DNA of 32,000 nt, taken from the NCBI RefSeq assembly GCF_000015145.1, contig NC_008818.1, forward strand, positions 900,001 through 932,000, in the 5' to 3' direction. A program made the position numbers and the translations under genes. A model generated the notes under the pieces. The model did not search any database. It had not been told where the DNA came from and saw nothing but the letters and a program-made list of their open reading frames with translations. The DNA is from Hyperthermus butylicus DSM 5456. Lineage in GTDB: Archaea > Thermoproteota > Thermoprotei_A > Sulfolobales > Pyrodictiaceae. The stretch's first letter is position 1; every line of letters starts with the position of its first letter. Shown one piece after another: positions 16,806-26,042 of the stretch.

Positions 16806-17417
16806 CTACGAACTCTCTGCTGTAATACCCTTTTTATCCTCCCTCCCTGCTGCGCTTATCTCTCCAAGCCTTCTAGTACGCCAGAATGATAGCCTATCCC
16901 AGCCATTATTGATGAGGGCTAATACTATGCCATAGCGGGTATCTTCAAACTTGAGAACTCTAGCTGCGCGCCTCAAAACATGTATATCAAACTGTCTGGC
17001 GATGAACCTTGCTAGGAATCTATTAAACTCCTTTTCGCTGCACTTGCCAGTAACATAGTATTTTCTTGGCTTAGCCTCAACATTAACAGCCTCTAAGCTA
17101 TGCAGTATCCTCGCCAAGACATCGACAAGCTCCTTGGGTAATTCTACGCCCTCGCTATCGCAGTGTACTCTCTGATTTACAAGCTTTTCAACCGGGACAA
17201 GCCTCTCAAGATATGCTGGTGGTTCTCTCACAATAGCCTGAAAGGCCCTCCAGGATGAGAGTTTCCCGCTAAACACGTAAATGATGGGGTATGCTTTGTC
17301 AAGCTCAACTAAAACCTCGTTATCCAATGGGTACAATGCATTGCCTATCTCATCAGCGCCAAGTGCAAGGTTCCACTTTTTGGCTGTCGCGATTAGTATG
17401 AGTCTACGTGTAGGCAT
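16806..17417 (-). CDS. Hypothetical protein, possibly a THUMP-domain RNA-binding protein (COG1818-like)
   Basis: The pattern LILIATAKK...RLVPVEK...RVLKFEDTRYGIVLALIN resembles small archaeal THUMP proteins. This is a recognition-level call only. Confidence 0.35.
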   Translation of the reverse strand: MPTRRLILIATAKKWNLALGADEIGNALYPLDNEVLVELDKAYPIIYVFSGKLSSWRAFQAIVREPPAYLERLVPVEKLVNQRVHCDSEGVELPKELVDVLARILHSLEAVNVEAKPRKYYVTGKCSEKEFNRFLARFIARQFDIHVLRRAARVLKFEDTRYGIVLALINNGWDRLSFWRTRRLGEISAAGREDKKGITAESS

Positions 17418-17452
17418 GGCGGTAACCCTTGCTAGAGAGTTGCCGGGTAGTG

Positions 17453-18796
17453 CTAAGCAGGTAGCTGGTATGCTGCTGTTACCGGGTGGAGCGACTGGTA
17501 AGCCCTAATACCAGGATAGATGCACTCTCCACTACAGTCCTCCTCGATGCGCAACAGTTCGTTATACTTCGCGGTCCTCTCGCCCCTAGCAGGTGCTCCA
17601 GTCTTAATGAACCCTGCCCTAAGCGCTACCGCGAGATGCGCAATTGTTGTATCCTCAGTCTCTCCACTGCGATGACTAACAATGACCTTCAGATTGCTAG
17701 CCATGGCCGTATAGGCATAGTCTAGCGCCTCAGTAAGTGTACCCACCTGGTTAACCTTTAGTAGTGCTGCAGTCGTAGCTTTCAACTCTATGCCACGTAC
17801 AAGCCTCCCAATATTAGTCACGTAGAGGTCATCCCCTACAATGAGAACTCTGCCAAGAAGCTTACTTGTCAGCTTAGCAAAGGACTCATAGTCCTCCTCG
17901 TAGAATGGATCCTCAATACTCCTAATAGGATACTCATCAACCATGACGAGATAGTAATCAAGCAGCTCCTCGGCTGAAAGTCTATGTCCGTCGACACTAT
18001 AGGTTCCAGACTCGGCATCGTAGAATTGTGAAGCTGCTACATCAATTCCTAACACAACATCTGCACCAGGCTCGTAACCAGCTAGCTTGATAGCCTCGAC
18101 AAGCGCGTCAAGGGCCTCCTTGTTAGACTTCATGGGTGGTGCATAGCCTCCCTCATCACCGACGTTAATGGCGCTAGCTCCATATTTATCCTTCAAATAT
18201 TTCTTAAGCATCTGGTAAACTTCAACGCCAATTCTTAGAGCTTCGCTGAAGCTATCAGCGCCTACGGGTGCAATCATAAACTCCTGGAATGAAAGCTCGT
18301 TACCAGCATGAGCACCGCCATTAATGATATTCATTAGTGGAACAGGCATCACAAATGTCCCGGTACCACCGAGGTAGCGGTATAGGGGCATACCAGCGGT
18401 ATCAGCAGCAGCTTTTGCAACAGCAAGCGAAGTAGCGACAATAGCATTGGCGCCAAGCCTTGACTTGTTGGGTGTGCCGTCAAGATCAACCATAATACTA
18501 TCTATTAGCCTTTGCATCCTCGCGTCAAGACCCGTAATTCTTGGTGCGATCACGTGATTTACATTAAACAGTGCACGGTCAACACCACGGCCACCAAACT
18601 TTTTACCACCATCACGTAGCTCTAGAGCTTCATGCTTGCCCTTCGAGGCGCCGGCAGGAGCAGCGGCCCTGCCGAAGCCTCCTCCACGCGTAACAACCTC
18701 AACCTCAACGGTAGGATTGCCCCTAGAGTCCAGGATCATCCTAGCCCTAACGCGAGATATTATATAGCTATCATCGTAGCCAACGGGCAAGCTCAT
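17453..18796 (-). CDS. eno: Enolase (phosphopyruvate hydratase)
   Basis: ILDSRGNPTVEVEV, SGETEDTTIAHLAV and AKYNELLRIEE are present. I place the start at ATG 18796 (MSLPVGYDD...) rather than the track's 18925, which would overlap trkA. Confidence 0.92.
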   Translation of the reverse strand: MSLPVGYDDSYIISRVRARMILDSRGNPTVEVEVVTRGGGFGRAAAPAGASKGKHEALELRDGGKKFGGRGVDRALFNVNHVIAPRITGLDARMQRLIDSIMVDLDGTPNKSRLGANAIVATSLAVAKAAADTAGMPLYRYLGGTGTFVMPVPLMNIINGGAHAGNELSFQEFMIAPVGADSFSEALRIGVEVYQMLKKYLKDKYGASAINVGDEGGYAPPMKSNKEALDALVEAIKLAGYEPGADVVLGIDVAASQFYDAESGTYSVDGHRLSAEELLDYYLVMVDEYPIRSIEDPFYEEDYESFAKLTSKLLGRVLIVGDDLYVTNIGRLVRGIELKATTAALLKVNQVGTLTEALDYAYTAMASNLKVIVSHRSGETEDTTIAHLAVALRAGFIKTGAPARGERTAKYNELLRIEEDCSGECIYPGIRAYQSLHPVTAAYQLPA

Positions 18797-18839
18797 AATA
18801 GAGTCCACCCCCTCAGCCCAACCGAGGGAAGAGTATCCA

Positions 18840-19496
18840 ATGCGCATACTAATTGTTGGCGCAGGTAAACTAGGCTCACTCCTAGCCAAAAAGCTCTCGG
18901 AAAAAGGCCACGACGTAATAGTCATAGATGTTGATAAGCAGAGAGCAGAACAAGTAGCGGCTGAAGCTGATGTGGCGGCATACGCTAGAGATGCGACGGA
19001 TCCTTCAGTCTATGACGAGATAAACCTAGCAAATATAGATGTAGTCGTGGCAACGACAAATAGGGATGAGGTAAACCTCTTCGTAGCACTAATGGCGCGT
19101 GAGTATGGCGTGTCAAGGGTGATAGTAAAAGTTAGAGATGCTAGGATAGGCCAGATAATAACGAGAATGGGTATAGCAGAACATGTAGTGGTAGAACCCC
19201 AGGTAATAAGCTCCATAGTTGAGGGTTTCATAGAGGGTAAGTACAATATTGTAGAGTTAGCTCCAGTCTTTGTTGGTGGATTTAGACTAGTAACAATAAC
19301 AATACCCGAGGGGAGTAGCGTGGAGGGACAAATGATTGACGATATTAAGTACCCAAGGCATGGAGTTAAAATCCTCGCAGTATTCGACGGGGAAAACTTT
19401 CACGACCCGAGTGTGGTAAGACTTGAAGCTGGCTACCAGATAATAGCCCTAGTAAGAGACGACGTCATAGAGGAATTCCTAGAAGCATTTAGGTAG
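18840..19496 (+). CDS. trkA: TrkA/RCK-type K+ transport regulatory protein (TrkA-N plus TrkA-C)
   Basis: Rossmann motif MRILIVGAGKLGSLLAKKLSEKGHDVIVID and a C-terminal TrkA-C-like segment. The ORF is 218 aa. Confidence 0.8.
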   Translation: MRILIVGAGKLGSLLAKKLSEKGHDVIVIDVDKQRAEQVAAEADVAAYARDATDPSVYDEINLANIDVVVATTNRDEVNLFVALMAREYGVSRVIVKVRDARIGQIITRMGIAEHVVVEPQVISSIVEGFIEGKYNIVELAPVFVGGFRLVTITIPEGSSVEGQMIDDIKYPRHGVKILAVFDGENFHDPSVVRLEAGYQIIALVRDDVIEEFLEAFR

Positions 19497-19520
19497 CGGC
19501 ATGGGAGGGGTGTAGGCGTA

Positions 19521-20360
19521 GTGGTGGAGATAACTGATGCAGTGGCACAGCTAAATACAACGAAGATACTCATCTACGTTAAGAATACGCTGCTAGGCCC
19601 GATAGTAAAGCTCGTACTCTTGGCGATTATAGTCTTCATAACACTCCGGATAGTGCGCTTCATACTTGGAAGGTTACAGCGTAGAGACGTAATCTCAAGC
19701 ACTGTAGCAGAGCACCTTTATAAGCTAACGTCACTAGCGGTTTATGCAACTGCAGCTGTAATAATAATCTATATGTTTACAAGCATACGCGAAGTAATAT
19801 ATGCCCTCATAGCAATATTTGTTGCAATACTAGCCGCAAACTGGAGCATGATAGCTGACATTACGGCATACTATATAATGCTAGCATCGAGACAAGTATA
19901 TCGCTCGGCAAGCCTAGTAGAGCTGCCAAGACTCGGAGTAAAGGGCAAGATAGTAAGCATAAACATGCTCCACACGCGTATAAGAACACCAGCAGGAAGG
20001 ATAGTCTACATACCAAACCATATAATAGTAAGCGAGCCTATAGTCCAGCTCACCGGTATACAGGGAGTCATAAGCCTAGAACTCGAAGTGAAATTGCCCA
20101 AAGATGTACGTACATCGAACTCCCTCGAGTATATAGAGAGAAAAATACGCAACATACTCGGCGAGGCGAGAATAGCTACACGCCCCCAGGACATAGTAGT
20201 CCTAGTCGACGAGGCTACAGTGGACAAAGCTCGGCTAATAGTGCAAGTACCAATTGCTGGTGTAGAGCCTAGGCCTTCAACGATAAACAATGTCGTATCA
20301 ATACTTGTCAATGGCCTCAAAGAACTCGAGCCGAGTATACGGGTTAAAACAGTAACCTAG
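19521..20360 (+). CDS. Small-conductance mechanosensitive channel (MscS family)
   Basis: Three N-terminal TM segments followed by GKIVSINMLHTRIRTPAGRIVYIPNHIIVSEPI, the MscS beta-domain signature. The start is GTG. Confidence 0.75.
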   Translation: MVEITDAVAQLNTTKILIYVKNTLLGPIVKLVLLAIIVFITLRIVRFILGRLQRRDVISSTVAEHLYKLTSLAVYATAAVIIIYMFTSIREVIYALIAIFVAILAANWSMIADITAYYIMLASRQVYRSASLVELPRLGVKGKIVSINMLHTRIRTPAGRIVYIPNHIIVSEPIVQLTGIQGVISLELEVKLPKDVRTSNSLEYIERKIRNILGEARIATRPQDIVVLVDEATVDKARLIVQVPIAGVEPRPSTINNVVSILVNGLKELEPSIRVKTVT

Positions 20361-20411
20361 CTAGGTCTGCAGAGATAATGCTTAATTGATAAGAGGTACA
20401 CCCCGGGCTCT

Positions 20412-20747
20412 ATGGTACAGCACAGTCGGGGGAGTGTAAAGGCCTTGCCACGTAAGCGCGACCCATACGTGTGTCCACGCTGTGGCACAAGAACAGAGCC
20501 TGCAAAGACGTGGCAGCTCGTGTCACCATTCCCTGACTCAAGGGGTAGGATAACAATAACAGTCATGGGTAGCTTTGTATGTCCAAACTGTGGTCATCGC
20601 TGGCGGGCAGTTGTATCAAAGATAAAGGTTGGTGGTGATCAAGTAGAGGTCGAGACTGGCAGCGGGGCAAAGGCAAGACTGGCAGGTGAAAAGGAGAAGG
20701 AGGAGCGGAGAGGTGAGGTAATAGAGATAGATATAGACGAGGAGTAG
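20412..20747 (+). CDS. Zinc-ribbon protein with an acidic C-terminal tail, function unknown
   Basis: Two CxxC knuckles (CPRCG and CPNCG) and an EKEKEERRGEVIEIDIDEE tail. The ORF is 111 aa. Confidence 0.5.
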   Translation: MVQHSRGSVKALPRKRDPYVCPRCGTRTEPAKTWQLVSPFPDSRGRITITVMGSFVCPNCGHRWRAVVSKIKVGGDQVEVETGSGAKARLAGEKEKEERRGEVIEIDIDEE

Positions 20748-20758
20748 GCCTCTCTTCG

Positions 20759-21256
20759 GTGGGCAGCTTGAACGAAAAGAAGTTGGGCTATTTGCGCTGG
20801 GGGGTTTTGGCGGTAGCAGCAATACTAGTAGTGTATGGGCTTAAGCTGACCCTATCTTACGCCCTAAATGTTTCAACACCATTTGTTGTCGTTGAAGGCT
20901 CTAGCATGCTTCCATCACTCTACACTGGAGACATAGTTATCATACATAAACCATCCCCAGACAAGATAAAAATTGGAGATATTATAGTGTACCGTAGCCT
21001 GAGGGGTAACCTCGTTATACATCGCGTCGTAGAGGTGACTACGGCTCCATACTGTAAACCTGTTTGCTATATAACGAAGGGCGACAATAACCTCCACCCA
21101 GATAATATGATAGGTCTCGAGCCACCCAAAGGGGTAAGCTACAGCGAAATTATTGGTGTAGTTATAACAGTGCACGTAGGCCTAGGCGAGAGCAAGGCCA
21201 AAGTACCAGTAAGGATACCGTACATGGGGCTTCTAAGCTTTTACTTGAGAAGCTAG
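20759..21256 (+). CDS. Signal peptidase I, archaeal/eukaryotic Sec11 type (S26B)
   Basis: N-terminal TM, catalytic-Ser box EGSSMLPSL, His box LVIHRVV and the KGDNN motif. The start is GTG. Confidence 0.85.
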   Translation: MGSLNEKKLGYLRWGVLAVAAILVVYGLKLTLSYALNVSTPFVVVEGSSMLPSLYTGDIVIIHKPSPDKIKIGDIIVYRSLRGNLVIHRVVEVTTAPYCKPVCYITKGDNNLHPDNMIGLEPPKGVSYSEIIGVVITVHVGLGESKAKVPVRIPYMGLLSFYLRS

Positions 21257-21259
21257 CAG

Positions 21260-23308
21260 CTAAGCTGTAAGACCTTTGGGGCAAACATTCCTAGCCAGTA
21301 GGTACTTTGCAGCCTCTCTTACCCACTTACCGGTAGAACGCATTGCTGCCAGCTTCTCAAGATACTCTCTGCATGTGATGCCAGTTCTCCGCCGCCACTC
21401 GTGGTAAGCCTCTACAATCTTCCTTATAGCTGCCTCGTGATAGCTACAGTATTCTCCCTCGGCCCTTCTACCACATATAGGGCATTGTCTAGGAGGCTTT
21501 AGAAGCCCAAGCGAGTATGCTAGCTCCATACCAACAGCGTGCATCGATTTGACCTTGAACTCTGAGAGTATGCCAGCGAGAAACCGTCTAGCCTCACTAA
21601 TAACAGCATCCTTCGAGACCTTTCCCATGCGTATAGCTTCGAGTAGCTCTTCGAACCTCCTTGTCAGCTCAACACTAGTTATATCGGGGAAGTAGGTTTG
21701 CAGTATATTGGCAACAGTTAAGCCTAGCTCAGTAGCTTGAACTCTGCCTCCCTCAGAGCGTAAGTAGCCTCTCTCGAACAGCAGTTCGACAATCCGTGCC
21801 CTGGTAGCCTCGGTGCCTATGCCCTTAGACTCCATCCACTTTACAAGACTCGTCTTAGTATGCAGTTCTGGAGGCTGTGTATATGATGTCTGTACGGATA
21901 CACTCTTCACTTGTATGCGTTGTCCACGATATAGCCGCGGTATATACTCCTCCGAGGGCTTAGCCCAGTAATATATCTGCATCCAGCCAGGCGAAACAAT
22001 CCTCACACCAGTAATTGAGGCAGAACCCAACCCCTCGGCAGAAAGTATGAGGCGAGCCCTAACAAGGACGGCGGGTGGAGCCATGCTGGCCAGAAACCTC
22101 CTCACGATAAGATCGTAGAGACGCAGGTGATTCTTACTCAGACCAGAATGTGGCGGCTCGCCAGTAGGGTGAATAGCTGGATGCGCAGGATCCTCCTTAG
22201 GCCCGTTATTGACACGTAGAACACCTCTCGTCGCTCTTAGCAGGTATTCAACTAGCTCCCGATAGCGTGTCTGTCGAACAAGTGCTTGTACAATAGCACT
22301 GATATCTATTGTCGGTGGTATCTTCTGGCTATTGGTTCGCGGATAGCTGATAAGCCCCTCCAGGTACAGTTCCTCAGCAAGCTTCTGAGTATAGTAGGGG
22401 CTAAACCCTAGGATTCTCGAAGCCTCTACCTGCAAATCACCAAGGTTGAAGGGATATGGTGGAGGTATGCGCTCAACATACTCGCTATACTCCCTCACAA
22501 CAAGGTAGCCAGTAGCCCTTAGCTGACGCGCCACGCGTTGAGCCTCACTTCGTAGCTCAAAACTCGCAACTTGTAGTCTTCTAGCTTTACCTCCAAGCTC
22601 TACTGTAGCAGTAACAGTAAAGTATGGCAGTGGAACAAACAGGTTCCGCTTAATAGTCCTGGAAACAGCCTCAACAAGCGTTGGCGACTGAACCCTTCCA
22701 GCACTCAAAACCTTCGAGCGTCCAGTTACGCTCCGCAACGACTCCATGAGTGCACGGCTAATATTGATGCCCCACAACCAATCCAGCTCATGTCTTGCAA
22801 GCCCGGCATTAATCATGTCCCAGTCAAGCCGCTCAAGCCTGGAAAATGCCCTACGAACATCCTGCCTAGTCAAAGCGCTAAATTTAGCTCTAAGCGCTCT
22901 CTTCTCAACACCTAGTGCACGGAGAATATTGTAGCCTATTACACTACCCTCAATATCATAGTCGCATGCATTTACAAATCTAACAGCATGCCTGGCAAGC
23001 TTCTTAATAGCCTCGAGAAACCTGCGAGTATGTGCCGATGAACTATCAACTGCCCATAGGGGTGCCCAATAATACTCAAACACGGGGAATCCATGCTTAT
23101 CCGTAGTTAGCCCAAAAAGGTGTCCAGCAGCAGGCACTATAACGTAACGTGTCCCCATCCATGTAACAATCCAGTATGGTATGCCCCCAAGCTTACAAGC
23201 TATGGGTTTATCGGAGAGGGCTTCAGCAATCTTTCTAGCAGCTTTGGGCTTCTCAGCAATCACAAGTGTATAGCCAAACCCGGCACTACAATACCCAGCT
23301 CTTACCAT
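21260..23308 (-). CDS. topA: Type IA DNA topoisomerase (Topo III-like)
   Basis: Toprim VIAEKPKAARKIA plus CDYDIEGSVIG, active-site ISYPRTNSQ, and a C-terminal Zn finger CPICGRR...C. The ATG at 23308 is preferred over the TTG at 23311. Confidence 0.9.
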   Translation of the reverse strand: MVRAGYCSAGFGYTLVIAEKPKAARKIAEALSDKPIACKLGGIPYWIVTWMGTRYVIVPAAGHLFGLTTDKHGFPVFEYYWAPLWAVDSSSAHTRRFLEAIKKLARHAVRFVNACDYDIEGSVIGYNILRALGVEKRALRAKFSALTRQDVRRAFSRLERLDWDMINAGLARHELDWLWGINISRALMESLRSVTGRSKVLSAGRVQSPTLVEAVSRTIKRNLFVPLPYFTVTATVELGGKARRLQVASFELRSEAQRVARQLRATGYLVVREYSEYVERIPPPYPFNLGDLQVEASRILGFSPYYTQKLAEELYLEGLISYPRTNSQKIPPTIDISAIVQALVRQTRYRELVEYLLRATRGVLRVNNGPKEDPAHPAIHPTGEPPHSGLSKNHLRLYDLIVRRFLASMAPPAVLVRARLILSAEGLGSASITGVRIVSPGWMQIYYWAKPSEEYIPRLYRGQRIQVKSVSVQTSYTQPPELHTKTSLVKWMESKGIGTEATRARIVELLFERGYLRSEGGRVQATELGLTVANILQTYFPDITSVELTRRFEELLEAIRMGKVSKDAVISEARRFLAGILSEFKVKSMHAVGMELAYSLGLLKPPRQCPICGRRAEGEYCSYHEAAIRKIVEAYHEWRRRTGITCREYLEKLAAMRSTGKWVREAAKYLLARNVCPKGLTA

Positions 23309-23417
23309 CAATACCCCACTAAGCTAGCTAGGATTAAGCAATAGAATATGTTGTTCCTTTAAAACAGCTAGGAGAGCTAACGGAAGGCATATAGCTTAAG
23401 GTTAGCTAGCTACGACC

Positions 23418-23726
23418 CTACTTAACCCTAAGCCTATCAAGGACGACGAGCCACTTGAGTGGTATCGGCTGTACATCGCCTCGACGAGTATACCTAACAA
23501 TAGTCATAGGCAGTACCCCGATCTCAAGTTCCTTCTTAGCGATTAGCACAGGGTCCTCTCTAACATGCCGTGGAAGCTTTTCAACATCAATTAGTACCGG
23601 TGCACCCATACTTATCTGGAGAGCCCTTACACCTATTACACGTGCACGTTCAAACCTGGTTAGCCATGGTGGCCCAATCTTTATCCTAGCCTTCAACTCT
23701 TCGATGTTGTATTCCTCTGTTGTCAT
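23418..23726 (-). CDS. rpoK: DNA-directed RNA polymerase subunit K (Rpo6)
   Basis: LTRFERARVIGVRALQISMGAP is the Rpo6/RpoK/omega signature. The ORF is 102 aa. Confidence 0.9.
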   Translation of the reverse strand: MTTEEYNIEELKARIKIGPPWLTRFERARVIGVRALQISMGAPVLIDVEKLPRHVREDPVLIAKKELEIGVLPMTIVRYTRRGDVQPIPLKWLVVLDRLRVK

Positions 23727-23759
23727 AAAGGTCCCCGCACAGCTACTACCTTGTAGAGA

Positions 23760-23767
23760 TATTTAAA
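23760..23767 (-). promoter_or_regulatory. TATA box (TTTAAATA on the minus strand) for rpoK
   Basis: A strong consensus-like TATA 33 nt upstream of the ATG at 23726. Confidence 0.55.
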
Positions 23768-23843
23768 ACTAAAACATGAGATTTGGGGGGAGTAGTGTAT
23801 TTAGTTTTGAGAACAAAGAGAGCCGGACTACCGTCGGTTAGAA

Positions 23844-23863
23844 CTAAAATCTGTGATTAAAAG
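23844..23863 (-). terminator. Oligo-T tracts downstream of the thermosome gene (CTTTTAATCACAGATTTTAG on the minus strand)
   Basis: Two T4 runs begin 13 nt after the TAA stop. Archaeal termination typically uses oligo-T tracts. Confidence 0.45.
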
Positions 23864-23875
23864 TTATGGGTTGGG

Positions 23876-25549
23876 TTACTCCTCTTCGCCGCCCTTCTTG
23901 CCCTTCTTCTTCTCCTCAGTCTTTGGTGCGGCTGCGATTACGTCGTCGATCTTTAGGATTGTTGTTGCTGCTTCAGTAGCGCTCTTTAGCACCTGCTCCT
24001 TGACTAGTATCGGTTCGATAACGTTGATCTTTACCATGTCCTCCTCGATCTTGCTGTTGAGTACGTTGATGCCTGCTAGGGTCTTGCCCTCTGCGTGTAG
24101 CCTCCTTAGGTCCATCAATGCTTGTAGTGCGTCCATGCCAGCGCTCTCAGCTAGTATCATTGGTATCTCCTCGAGGGCTTCTGCGTAGGCCTCTACTGCT
24201 AGCTGCTCCTTACCGCCTAGGCTCTCGGCGAATTTACGTAGCCTTAGAGCTAGCTCAACCTCTACGGCGCCGCCGCCTGGCACGATCATGGGCTTTCTTA
24301 GCACATTCCTTAGCACGTGTAGTGCGTCGTTGATGCTTCTCTCAGCCTCGTCTAGCACCATGTCGTTGGCGCCACGTAGCAGTATTGTTACGGCCTTGGG
24401 GTTCGGGCAGCCCTCGATGAATACCATCTTGTCGTTGCCAACCTTTCTCTCCTCGACGAGCTTGGCGAAGCCTAGGTCCTCTGGCTTTAGGTCGCGTAGG
24501 CTGCTGACGATGCGGCCGCCAGTAGCGTACTCCAGCTTCTCTAGGTCGCTCCTCTTTACCCTTCTTACTGCCATGATGCCCTTCTTTGCTAGGAAGTGCT
24601 GGGCAACCTCGTCAATACCCTTCTGGGTTATAACTACGATACCAGCCTTGCTTGGGTCAACACCGTCCTTTTTCATCCTCTCGAGGGCGATGTTGTAGAT
24701 CTTCTCGACCATCTCCTTTAGCAGCCTAGCCTCTTCGTCGAGGAATGCCTTTATCTGCTCTGGCGAGGTAATGTTGATCTTAGCAGTTATCTCTGGCTTC
24801 TCAACCTCTAGTGGAGCGTCAAGGAGTACTATGTAGGCATTCTCAACTCTCTTAGGCATGCCTGGGTGTACAACCTCCTTGTCAAGGACAATGCCCTCTA
24901 CTAGCTGACTGTCTAGCAGGCTGCCACCCTTCTTCTTCTCAATCTTTATCCTGTCAAGCCTCACTACGTAGGTGCCGTCGCCGCGCGGCTCGGCAACCTT
25001 TAGCACAGCTTCTACAACCATGTCTGTCAGCTTGTCGAGGGTGGCGCCACTACCAACATACTTACTGTAGAGGGATGTCGAGGCTATCCTCTTTAGCAGC
25101 TGCTTGTCATTAATGTCCACCTTTATGCCGAGCTTCTCTAGTTCTGCGAGGGCGAAGTCTAGTGCCTTCTTGTAACCCTCAATAATAGTTGTTGGGTGTA
25201 TGTTCTGGTCAAGCAGGTTTTCTGCCCGGTCTAGCAGCATGCCAGCGAGTACTACGGCACTAGTAGTGCCGTCGCCTACCTCCGCGTCCTGGGCCTTAGC
25301 AACCTCCACCATCAGCTTTGCTGCAGGGTGCTGTATCTCCATCTCCTTGAGTATTGTTGCGCCGTCATTGGTTATTGTTACGTCGCCGAAGGAGTCTACT
25401 AGCATCTTGTCTAGGCCGCGTGGGCCTAGACTGCTCTTTAGAACCTCAGCTAGCACCTTGGCTGCAAGGATGTTGTTTCTTAGCGCCTCCCTACCATAGA
25501 CGCGCTGGGTGCCCTCCTTCAGTATAAGTACTGGTACACCAAGCGCCAT
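23876..25549 (-). CDS. ths: Thermosome subunit (group II chaperonin)
   Basis: [33 protein letters not shown] and a charged GKKGGEEE tail. The ORF is 557 aa. Confidence 0.95.
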   Translation of the reverse strand: MALGVPVLILKEGTQRVYGREALRNNILAAKVLAEVLKSSLGPRGLDKMLVDSFGDVTITNDGATILKEMEIQHPAAKLMVEVAKAQDAEVGDGTTSAVVLAGMLLDRAENLLDQNIHPTTIIEGYKKALDFALAELEKLGIKVDINDKQLLKRIASTSLYSKYVGSGATLDKLTDMVVEAVLKVAEPRGDGTYVVRLDRIKIEKKKGGSLLDSQLVEGIVLDKEVVHPGMPKRVENAYIVLLDAPLEVEKPEITAKINITSPEQIKAFLDEEARLLKEMVEKIYNIALERMKKDGVDPSKAGIVVITQKGIDEVAQHFLAKKGIMAVRRVKRSDLEKLEYATGGRIVSSLRDLKPEDLGFAKLVEERKVGNDKMVFIEGCPNPKAVTILLRGANDMVLDEAERSINDALHVLRNVLRKPMIVPGGGAVEVELALRLRKFAESLGGKEQLAVEAYAEALEEIPMILAESAGMDALQALMDLRRLHAEGKTLAGINVLNSKIEEDMVKINVIEPILVKEQVLKSATEAATTILKIDDVIAAAPKTEEKKKGKKGGEEE

Positions 25550-25609
25550 TATGCTACACCCCTACGCGCCCACTATCCTATGTCCGGATAGATTGCCTTC
25601 GGGGTGCTT

Positions 25610-25618
25610 CTATATAAG
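25610..25618 (-). promoter_or_regulatory. TATA-like box (CTTATATAG on the minus strand) upstream of the thermosome gene
   Basis: It lies 60 nt upstream of the ATG at 25549, implying a leader of about 30-35 nt. A 5-bp inverted repeat, TATCC/GGATA (25574-25590), lies between the box and the ATG. Confidence 0.4.
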
Positions 25619-25673
25619 CGTTACTCCAGGATTTGTTGGTACAGGGACAAGGCTTCCAGGGGGAGGGGTGGTT

Positions 25674-26042
25674 CTAGCGGAGGGAGATTCCGAGAGACTG
25701 TGGAGTGATGTTATACCTGCGGAGTGCGTAGAGTATGCCTCTCCGTATAGCGTATATGTCGCTCGAGTAGTTGTAGAAGAAGCCAAGCTGCTCCCAGATG
25801 CGCTTACCCTCGAGGTAGAGGAGTAACCGTGGCGGAGAGCCAAGCTCCTTCTCTACATCCCTAACAAGTGCTGCGTCAACCTTAACGACGCGTATAACTG
25901 GCTCAACCTTGAAGGCAAAGTCGTCAAGTAGGGATGCTAAGTAGCGGCCGTGTGGGCTTTGGGAGTCGTAGACGAGGATGAGTACGAGCCGGTGAGCTTC
26001 AATGGTCTTTCGCAACTCTTCAAGAGTTTCAACTTCGAGCAT
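25674..26042 (-). CDS. Thioredoxin-fold protein lacking the CxxC active site
   Basis: The sequence follows the thioredoxin layout (LVLILVYDSQSPHGRYL...VVKVDAA...PRLLLYLEGKRIWEQLG), with SPHG where WCGPC would sit and no cysteines. It overlaps the upstream gene by 14 nt. Confidence 0.5.
   Translation of the reverse strand: MLEVETLEELRKTIEAHRLVLILVYDSQSPHGRYLASLLDDFAFKVEPVIRVVKVDAALVRDVEKELGSPPRLLLYLEGKRIWEQLGFFYNYSSDIYAIRRGILYALRRYNITPQSLGISLR

Noticed and set aside
18797-18925. 43-aa N-terminal extension of enolase in the ORF track
   Set aside because: It would overlap the divergent trkA gene by 86 nt. Enolase homology begins right after the ATG at 18796 (MSLPVGYDDSYIISRVRARMILDSRGNP).
23727-23875. 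AT-rich thermosome-rpoK spacer as a replication origin
   Set aside because: At about 150 nt it is too short, has no ORB-like repeats, and is adequately explained by terminator and promoter signals.
23853-25499. Plus-strand ORFs (111, 71, 136 and 99 aa) inside the thermosome gene
   Set aside because: They are antisense shadows of a highly conserved chaperonin gene and have no independent signals.
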